The notes beneath the pieces are model-generated. The model was not told the origin of the DNA. It saw only the letters and a program-made list of their open reading frames with translations, and made no database searches. From assembly GCA_947371865.1 (NCBI GenBank), contig CANBRH010000002.1, positions 2,594 through 66,593 on the forward strand: DNA of 64,000 nucleotides. Direction: 5' to 3'. Position numbers and translations under genes: made by a program. This DNA is from Actinomycetota bacterium (GTDB lineage: Bacteria; Actinomycetota; Actinomycetes; Nanopelagicales; Nanopelagicaceae). Below, piece by piece: positions 57,281-64,000 of the stretch; positions within the stretch are counted from its first letter, which is position 1, and each line of letters starts with the position of its first letter.

Positions 57281-58012
57281 GTGACCACTTCGACAGAAAA
57301 TCGAAAGAGGTTTTCGATCGGCGGATTGGTTTTTGTGTTGCTCGGTGTGGCGGTCGTCTCACTTGTGGGCGTCTTACTTCATCACTTAAGCGCTGATCCG
57401 CAAAAACCTTTATACGCCACCAAATCTTCGCAAACCATTAGCATCGACGGAAAAGATTATGCAAAGGCTTCGGCGGTTCTAGGTGTGTATCCGGATAAGG
57501 CAACAGCTGCTGAACATGGTTACAAATCAAATAATAAAGATTGGGTGCAATACGGACCTTCTACACATTTGGTTCTTCCCGCCCACACATATGTGACGGT
57601 AACTCTTCATGTCTACGACAGTGGTGAAGCACTTAACCATGCTTACTTTGGAAAAGTTGTCGGCACTGTCGGCGGCACGATGAACATCGACGGTACCGAT
57701 GTCACAAATATTCCTTACGACCAGGTACAACACACATTCACCTTGCATGGCTTGCCAACTTCTACGCAAGATCCACTATTCGTCAACGTGCCACTGCCTC
57801 GAGTAGCCACCGACGATAAGGACAACTTCTTGCCAACGAAGGACGCCGGAACAAATTACAAAGGTCACACCGTCACTTTCTCATTCCTCACAGGCGGAGC
57901 CGGTGAATATGTCTGGAACTGCGAATATCCCTGCGGTGATGGTACTTACCGAAAGTTTGGTGCAGTAATGGGTCAACTTGGATATATGTCTGGAAAGGTG
58001 ACCGTCGCATGA
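57281..58012 (+). CDS. membrane-anchored cupredoxin protein, CoxB-like paralogue with degenerate CuA site
   Basis: One N-terminal TM. The segments LVLPAHTYVTVTLHVYDS..NHAYF and EYVWNCEYPCGDG..AVMGQLGYMSGKVTV parallel CtaC LNLPIDRPVIFNVISADVNHSFW and IDVKCAELCGLYHAYM. An ATGA overlap joins it to ctaC. Confidence 0.55.
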   Translation: MTTSTENRKRFSIGGLVFVLLGVAVVSLVGVLLHHLSADPQKPLYATKSSQTISIDGKDYAKASAVLGVYPDKATAAEHGYKSNNKDWVQYGPSTHLVLPAHTYVTVTLHVYDSGEALNHAYFGKVVGTVGGTMNIDGTDVTNIPYDQVQHTFTLHGLPTSTQDPLFVNVPLPRVATDDKDNFLPTKDAGTNYKGHTVTFSFLTGGAGEYVWNCEYPCGDGTYRKFGAVMGQLGYMSGKVTVA

Positions 58013-58806
58013 GTAACCACGATCACGATGAAGAACAACTACCGCCAACCCCAGGTGAGCGTTTTACCAAAGTACTTAAAGGTAAAGATGTTCAACAGGC
58101 TTTTGCGCTTGGCATCTTCTTCACTTTAGTTTTCGTTGTATTAGGTTGGAAGTTTTATCCCAAGTGGATGCCAACCATCATGTCTACCGATATGAAATCA
58201 AATGAAGCGCTTATGGTTGCCTTCACATATATATCGGCTCCAATCTGCGGACTGGTATTGGGAATGGCCGCTTACACTTTTCTGCAGAGACAACGCGGGG
58301 ATACGCCTCCAGAAGATGGACCTGGAATCCGTACAAACGGTCCGATGGTTATCGTCTGGACCGTTGTTACCAGCCTCTTCGCACTCCTTGCAATTATTTG
58401 GGGAATCGTCGAACTCAACGTGGGCTCCGAGGCAGCGGCAGCGGAAGCCAAAACAGCTCTCGTCGTCAACGTCACGGGATCACAGTGGGTTTGGACTTTT
58501 GAATATCCTGCACAGGGAATTGAAACCAACGAACTCAATCTTCCCATCGATCGTCCGGTGATCTTCAATGTTATTTCAGCCGACGTTAATCACTCGTTCT
58601 GGCCAGTTCAACTTGGTGTCAAAGTCGATGCAAACCGTTTGGAAACAACGGTTGTACATACAACACCAACGCGCTTGGGACCTATCGATGTTAAGTGCGC
58701 CGAACTTTGCGGGCTGTACCACGCCTACATGGAAACCGGTGGAAACATTATGACCACAACCAATTTCGACAACTGGGTAACTGCTCAAGGAGGTCATAAC
58801 GCATGA
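58009..58806 (+). CDS. ctaC: cytochrome c oxidase subunit II
   Basis: CuA ligands DVNHSFW and CAELCGLYHAYM, with TM helices upstream of the cupredoxin domain. Confidence 0.9.
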   Translation: MSNHDHDEEQLPPTPGERFTKVLKGKDVQQAFALGIFFTLVFVVLGWKFYPKWMPTIMSTDMKSNEALMVAFTYISAPICGLVLGMAAYTFLQRQRGDTPPEDGPGIRTNGPMVIVWTVVTSLFALLAIIWGIVELNVGSEAAAAEAKTALVVNVTGSQWVWTFEYPAQGIETNELNLPIDRPVIFNVISADVNHSFWPVQLGVKVDANRLETTVVHTTPTRLGPIDVKCAELCGLYHAYMETGGNIMTTTNFDNWVTAQGGHNA

Positions 58807-60662
58807 CGACTTTAGATCATCCAACTAGCACTCGCCCCATTCCAAATCCCGAAAAGAGTTTGATTACCAAGCTCCATATGGGAACGGGCATGGTTGTTGG
58901 TGCAATCTTCGCCTTCGGCACCTATTTTTGGCTGCGATCTGGCCAAGATATGACGGTCGCACATAACGTTAACAAAGTCTTATTGATTTCCATGTTTATG
59001 TGGAGCTTGGGATTTTTGATCGGCATTGGCGCCTTCATCGGACCATTCCGCTGGCTCATCGGCAAAGATCTCACCGCTGAAGAGCAATTGTATTTAGCCG
59101 GCGATGGCCAAGGCGTATCCCGCTACTTCCGTTATTGCACCGACCACAAAGTTGTCGGTATCCAATACCTTGTTGGCGTTATGGCCATGCTGGGAGTCGG
59201 TGGAACTTTGGCAATGATGATTCGTACCAACTTAATAAGCCCTGGTTCGAAATTTGTTACCCCGGTTATCTACAACTCACTTGTCGGTCTTCATGGAATC
59301 ACCATGATCGTTGCCATGATCGTTGTTGCAACCGGCCCTTTCGGTAACTTCATCTTGCCCATCATGATTGGCGCTCGGGATATGGCATTCCCAAGACTCA
59401 ATGCACTCAGCTGGTGGGTTCTGTTCACTGCGATCCCAGTACTCTGCAGCGCTTGGTTCCTAGGAGGTATCCCAACAGGCTGGACCGCTTATGCACCTCT
59501 CAGTGTTCAAGCAGGCCCTGGCATGAATGCCTTCGTGGCCACCATCATCATCTTTGCTGTTTCTACTGCAGTCGCAGGTGCCAACATCACCGCGACTGTG
59601 GTCACGATGCGTGCCAAGGGAATGAAATGGAACCGGGTGCCAATCTTTGTTATTGGCGCAACCATTTCGGTGGCACTCGCTATCCCAGCATTCCCTACCT
59701 TTATGGTCTCCATGATTATGACGGCGCTGGATAGAACTGCCAACACGACCTACTTTGATGCGCAATTTGGCGGAAGTGGCTGGCTCTACGCACACCTCTT
59801 CTGGATCATGGGTCACCCCGAGGTTTATGTCATCTTGTTGCCAGGCGTCGCGGCTTTGATGGAGATCGTTCCGGTCTTCGTTCGTAAGCCACTCTTCTCC
59901 TACAACGCTGCAATTATGGGCTTTGCGGGCATCGCTGGACTTTCCGTACTTGTTTGGGCTCACCATATGTACATGTCTGGCTGGCTGCCGATGTTGAATG
60001 GCCCGTTCATGATCACTACCGAGATGATTTCAATTCCAACGGGACTCATCTTCTTAGTGATTCTCGGGACGCTCTGGCGTGGTAAACCGTGGATGAAACT
60101 TCCGATGCTTGGTGTTTATGCATTCCTCTGGAATATGTTGATTGGTGGCGTTACCGGGGTTTATCTCTCCGACGTGCCCGCCGATAATTATCTTCACGGA
60201 TCCATGTACGTAACCGCACACTTCCACTACACATTGATGGGGGCTGCCCTTACAGGTGCTCTGGCTGGATTGGCTTACTGGTTCCCTAAGATGACTGGAC
60301 GCATGTTGCATGAGCGTGCTGGATATATCTCATTCTGGTTTGTCCAAATTGGCTTCCAAGTCCTCTTCCTCGGAATGTTTATCGCTGGTGCTGAAGGCCA
60401 ACCACGACGCGTTGCAGACTTCTCTGCCATGTATAAGTACTCCAACATGATTAGCACCATGGGCGCTTATACGATCGGCATCGGAATGATTGTCATGCTT
60501 TGGGCAGTCATCCATTCCTGGCGTAAAGGTGCAATTGCACCAATAAACCCATGGGGTGCAAAGACTTTGGAATGGACCGTTCCATTCCCAGTCCCTCTCG
60601 AGAACTTTGACGAGTTGCCTGTTATCACAAGTGATCCATACGGATATGGAAGGAGCAAATAA
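58803..60662 (+). CDS. ctaD: cytochrome c oxidase subunit I (with ~110-aa N-terminal 2-TM extension)
   Basis: TDHKVVGIQY, GHPEVYVILLP and WAHHMY motifs. The ATG overlaps the ctaC stop (ATGA), which supports the extended N-terminus. Confidence 0.93.
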   Translation: MTTLDHPTSTRPIPNPEKSLITKLHMGTGMVVGAIFAFGTYFWLRSGQDMTVAHNVNKVLLISMFMWSLGFLIGIGAFIGPFRWLIGKDLTAEEQLYLAGDGQGVSRYFRYCTDHKVVGIQYLVGVMAMLGVGGTLAMMIRTNLISPGSKFVTPVIYNSLVGLHGITMIVAMIVVATGPFGNFILPIMIGARDMAFPRLNALSWWVLFTAIPVLCSAWFLGGIPTGWTAYAPLSVQAGPGMNAFVATIIIFAVSTAVAGANITATVVTMRAKGMKWNRVPIFVIGATISVALAIPAFPTFMVSMIMTALDRTANTTYFDAQFGGSGWLYAHLFWIMGHPEVYVILLPGVAALMEIVPVFVRKPLFSYNAAIMGFAGIAGLSVLVWAHHMYMSGWLPMLNGPFMITTEMISIPTGLIFLVILGTLWRGKPWMKLPMLGVYAFLWNMLIGGVTGVYLSDVPADNYLHGSMYVTAHFHYTLMGAALTGALAGLAYWFPKMTGRMLHERAGYISFWFVQIGFQVLFLGMFIAGAEGQPRRVADFSAMYKYSNMISTMGAYTIGIGMIVMLWAVIHSWRKGAIAPINPWGAKTLEWTVPFPVPLENFDELPVITSDPYGYGRSK

Positions 60663-60664
60663 CC

Positions 60665-61264
60665 ATGAGTGCTGATACCCAATTCCATATTCATCACGAT
60701 GCGCCAGAAGTAGTAGGTCGTCGCGAACGTCTCGGAGTTCGACTGCTGATTGTGGCAGATGGAGCCTTCGTTTTCGGAATGATCTTCTCTTACTTCTATT
60801 TGCGAAACTTGAATGCAAATGGTGGCTGGCTACCAAAGGGTGCTCACTATCTCAGCGCTGGCACAGGCTGGTTAGTCGTGGCGCCACTGATCATTGCGGC
60901 CCTCTCTCACCGAATGGCAGAGAAGAACCGCGATAACTTCAATGTGCTCTCTGTGGTCACATTGGTCTCGTTGTTGGCTGGTACTTATTACCAGTGGCAT
61001 CAATTGGCCAATATGCCTTTCATTGTTCATGACACAGGCATATTTGAAGGCAGCTACGCATCTATGTGGTTGCTTATCGCCGGTGCAAATATGTTCCACT
61101 TCCTTCTCGGAAGTTTTATTGCACTTGGTTTGGTAGTACGTGCCCGTCGAGTTCAGATTGATCCCATCCTGCAAACCTGGCGCCTACGAACTGCTGGTTC
61201 GTGGTTTACCTGGATTGCAATATCTGGGATCGCTTGTGCTCTCACAACCACCTTTGTGAGGTAG
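60665..61264 (+). CDS. ctaE: heme-copper oxidase subunit III (short, 5 TM)
   Basis: 199 aa with five TM helices, directly after ctaD (2-nt gap). The conserved His-rich ends are typical of subunit III. Confidence 0.78.
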   Translation: MSADTQFHIHHDAPEVVGRRERLGVRLLIVADGAFVFGMIFSYFYLRNLNANGGWLPKGAHYLSAGTGWLVVAPLIIAALSHRMAEKNRDNFNVLSVVTLVSLLAGTYYQWHQLANMPFIVHDTGIFEGSYASMWLLIAGANMFHFLLGSFIALGLVVRARRVQIDPILQTWRLRTAGSWFTWIAISGIACALTTTFVR

Positions 61265-61266
61265 CG

Positions 61267-62037
61267 CTACAACTTCTCCCCAGTTAATACCGAAAGAGCC
61301 CCGAGGACTGCAGAAATAGTCCACGTGGGCTCTTCTGGTTTTGCAAGATTGTTTTTCCCGTCAGCGCTCAAAAATGCCTTGAGTTTGGTTGGGATATCGC
61401 CTTTGGCAGTTTTTGGTGAGCCCAGATCCAGCCACTTCCAATGAGAATCTGCGCCGACAATAAGCACGAGATCAGCGTGAACAAAGTCATGAGTCACAGG
61501 CTTTCCGGTCTGCCAATCGATCCCTTCGCCACCCTTTTTCTCTTCAGCTGGTGCACCAAAGTAGGTCCAGAGATTATTGAGATCAGCGATGGTACCCGTT
61601 GCTAGCGTCCAACTCTTCTCTCCGAAGAGTGCTTGATAAGCGGCCAATCTGGCTGGGGTATCAGTGGTCGCATCGACGGATATTTCCAGAACCTTAACTT
61701 TTGCGGCCGCTGGGCCTTTGTTGAGCGCATCGGCAATATCACGCATATTGGCCGACGTCATTGGGCAAATTTCTTGGCACGAAGTGAGGAAGTTGCTAAT
61801 AACAACGTTCTGGCCAGCGAGTGAAGCTAAAGTAAAAGTCTTCCCATCGGCATCTACTAATGGAATGTTGAGAATATTGGCTGGAATCTTCTCATCCAGA
61901 AAAGAACCACCTTGCGGGGCCGCAGATGCTTGGCCAGTCGTGGGTGAGGCTGAGTTATTCGAAACCACACTGGTCGTCGCGCCACAACCTGTAAGAACGA
62001 CTATCGAAGCAAGCGCCAACCATTTTGCTTTTGTCAT
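61267..62037 (-). CDS. SCO family copper chaperone lipoprotein (Sco1/SenC)
   Basis: Lipobox VVLTGCG, the CxxxC motif SCQEICP, and a conserved downstream His (FVHADLVLIV). Confidence 0.88.
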   Translation of the reverse strand: MTKAKWLALASIVVLTGCGATTSVVSNNSASPTTGQASAAPQGGSFLDEKIPANILNIPLVDADGKTFTLASLAGQNVVISNFLTSCQEICPMTSANMRDIADALNKGPAAAKVKVLEISVDATTDTPARLAAYQALFGEKSWTLATGTIADLNNLWTYFGAPAEEKKGGEGIDWQTGKPVTHDFVHADLVLIVGADSHWKWLDLGSPKTAKGDIPTKLKAFLSADGKNNLAKPEEPTWTISAVLGALSVLTGEKL

Positions 62038-62046
62038 GTCGTTACT

Positions 62047-63618
62047 TTAGATGAGAGAGAGCGGCAAATGAGAGATGATGATAAGTAATTTATCGCGGCA
62101 TCGATCATTCACTCGCTTTGAAATTCGATCAACTTGATCCAGAGCCAGATATTCAAAAGGTTCGTCAAGGAAGACCACTGGTTTATCCCGCAGCAAAGTG
62201 CGAGCTAGTTTCAAGCGCTGCTTCTCACCGCCCGAGAAATTATGACCGTAAGCGCCAATATGAGTATCTAAACCTACCTTGGCTATCAACTCACCAAGTT
62301 CGACTGCTTCCAGGACCTCGAACAATTGTTCATCGCTTGCTTCTGGATTTCCAATCTTGAGATTCTCTCGAATCGATGTTGCAAAGAGATGATCTTGCTG
62401 CAGCAGAATCGTGGCCAGTTCAATCCGATCGGAAGAGGCGAGTTCTCTCGCCTCAACTCCATCGATAGTCATCGATCCCTGATAGTCCAAGAACCCGATG
62501 AAGGCGTTCAGTAAGGATGACTTGCCTGCTCCGCTCTTTCCGGTCACCAGCAATGGTTCTCCCGCGGTAACCAACCCAGAGAATGGGGCAATTTCAATCC
62601 CGGGCAGGCTTGGTTGAACCTCTACAAAGCGAATGCTGGCAATAGATAATTTTGGTTCGAGCGCCTCAGGGTTGGCTACATTTTCGTTCGCTAAAAGAGC
62701 GTCAACACTTTTGGTGGAATTGAGAACTGTAGATAGACGAGCAAATGCAGCCGGGAGGCCGGTCAACCCATCAAATATTGCCAGCGGAAGTAAGACTAGA
62801 ACGGCAACATTTACGCCGGATAAGGAATGGTTATGGAATGCTGTTACCGAAAATCCAGCGGAAATGACGATCGCGGCGCCGATGAAGACATGTTGTGCAA
62901 AAAGCGCAATCCCTGAAGCTAATCCACTTCTGGCATCAAATTTGTTGAGTTGATTCTGGGCAGCCGAAATATCGCCGCGAATTCGATTTTGATAGCCAAA
63001 GATGAGTGATTCTTGAAGAGAATCGCACGCTTGCACAATTGCATCAAAGATTCTTTGCTCTTGCTCTCTCTGTTCTTCATTGGTGCTGAAGAAGAATGAG
63101 ATAAACGGAATTACGAACATAGCAACCACGAAAAGAATCGACAGTACTAATGAAAGACTTGGTAAAAGATAAGCAATGATTCCCAATCCCGCGACACCAG
63201 ATACAAGCGCCCCAACCCAAGGATTTGCAATACGTAGCCAGAGATCTTGCATTACTTCGCTGTCCGATACCAATCTACGAAGTAGGTCGCCGCGGCGAAG
63301 AAGCGAAAAATAAGCTGGAAGTTGATTTTCGATAATGCGATAGAGGGCAACACGAATAGAAGTCAGAGCCCTAAGAGCGCTATTGTGTTCGATGACACGA
63401 GCGGCGTATCGAACGACACCGCGACCGATTCCGAAGAAACGCACAGCCACGATCGCAACCTCAAGAACCATAATCGGTGGCTGCAGTGAGGCCATTGAAA
63501 TCAACCAAGCGCTACAGGCCAACAACCCCACTGCCATACTGGAGGAGATTCCGCCAATGATCGCTGCTGCCAAAATCTTTGGCGCCTCGGGATAAATTAA
63601 TGTGCGGATAGCTTTCAT
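62047..63618 (-). CDS. cydC: thiol reductant ABC exporter subunit CydC
   Basis: Fused TMD-NBD with Walker A GKSGAGKSS, signature FSGGEKQRL and Walker B VVFLDEP. It follows cydD with a 4-nt overlap. Confidence 0.8.
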   Translation of the reverse strand: MKAIRTLIYPEAPKILAAAIIGGISSSMAVGLLACSAWLISMASLQPPIMVLEVAIVAVRFFGIGRGVVRYAARVIEHNSALRALTSIRVALYRIIENQLPAYFSLLRRGDLLRRLVSDSEVMQDLWLRIANPWVGALVSGVAGLGIIAYLLPSLSLVLSILFVVAMFVIPFISFFFSTNEEQREQEQRIFDAIVQACDSLQESLIFGYQNRIRGDISAAQNQLNKFDARSGLASGIALFAQHVFIGAAIVISAGFSVTAFHNHSLSGVNVAVLVLLPLAIFDGLTGLPAAFARLSTVLNSTKSVDALLANENVANPEALEPKLSIASIRFVEVQPSLPGIEIAPFSGLVTAGEPLLVTGKSGAGKSSLLNAFIGFLDYQGSMTIDGVEARELASSDRIELATILLQQDHLFATSIRENLKIGNPEASDEQLFEVLEAVELGELIAKVGLDTHIGAYGHNFSGGEKQRLKLARTLLRDKPVVFLDEPFEYLALDQVDRISKRVNDRCRDKLLIIISHLPLSLI

Positions 63619-64000
63619 TTCGCGGCACCAAAATCAATAATCGCGCTCTCGCCAACCAGATTGGCGCGATGCGAAACTAAGACAACGATCTTTCCTAGAG
63701 CAACCTCTTCGGCAATCGCGCTAGCAATTTCATCTTCACTTATATCGTCAACAGATGCCGATGGTTCATCCAAGATCAAAATCTGTGCTGGCTTCAGCAA
63801 GGCACGGGCTAAGGCAATCTTGCGCTTTTGCCCGGTCGAAAGCGTTTCTTGGACCGTTCCCAACTGAGTATTTAAACCCGATGGGAGATCTGATGGAGCG
63901 AGCCCGACTCTGGCCAGAGTGCTCACCAATAGCTGCTCTGAGGCACTTGGATCAGATTGGCGAAGGACTTCGGCCACGCTTGCCGCTGGAAAATTAACCT
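63615..64000 (-). CDS. cydD: thiol reductant ABC exporter subunit CydD, C-terminal part (5' end outside window)
   Basis: The reading frame is open to the window edge. It has the ABC signature LSTGQKRKIALARAL and Walker B ILILDEPSASVD. Confidence 0.75.
   Translation of the reverse strand, partial: VNFPAASVAEVLRQSDPSASEQLLVSTLARVGLAPSDLPSGLNTQLGTVQETLSTGQKRKIALARALLKPAQILILDEPSASVDDISEDEIASAIAEEVALGKIVVLVSHRANLVGESAIIDFGAAK

Overview
Compact chromosomal segment, roughly 98% coding, from what looks like a mid-GC, streamlined actinobacterium. That assignment is an inference from gene order, which parallels the Mycobacterium/Streptomyces core. The conserved blocks are: menF-D-C-B/menE-A; resA-ccdA-resB-ccsB cytochrome c maturation; xpb; proC-bS22; radA-mutY; clpC-lysS-coaX-panC-folKBPE-ftsH-hpt-tilS; ctaB; and ctaG/ctaCDE/sco/cydDC.

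I call 64 protein genes, two of them cut by the window edges. One is a 32-aa ribosomal protein bS22 gene that the ORF track misses. I see no rRNA, tRNA, CRISPR, transposase/integrase, prophage or recognisable defence genes, so most of the window is ordinary core genome.

The observations most worth a second look are:
1. An identical 12-bp perfect palindrome (15-nt shared string) sits exactly 12 nt upstream of two unrelated start codons, in two of the very few real intergenic regions.
2. A 718-aa protein upstream of xpb contains a paralogous copy of the XPB N-terminal region plus a WYL-like tail. An M20 peptidase is translationally coupled into the same gene string.
3. A heme-copper oxidase operon opens with a CoxB-like cupredoxin paralogue that has a degenerate CuA site, and its CtaD has a ~110-aa, 2-TM N-terminal extension.
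4. A translationally coupled operon encodes a Tat-exported NodB-fold protein with a non-canonical motif, a YVTN beta-propeller and an MprF-type aminoacyl-lipid synthase domain. It faces a membrane-anchored esterase and a GT39 glycosyltransferase in a lower-GC stretch.
5. Promoter architecture looks pervasively leaderless, with TAnnnT 6-9 nt before start codons. Divergent promoters are packed into 29-51 bp, and every convergent gene junction overlaps or nearly abuts.

All functional calls come from motif recognition by eye. No database search was run.
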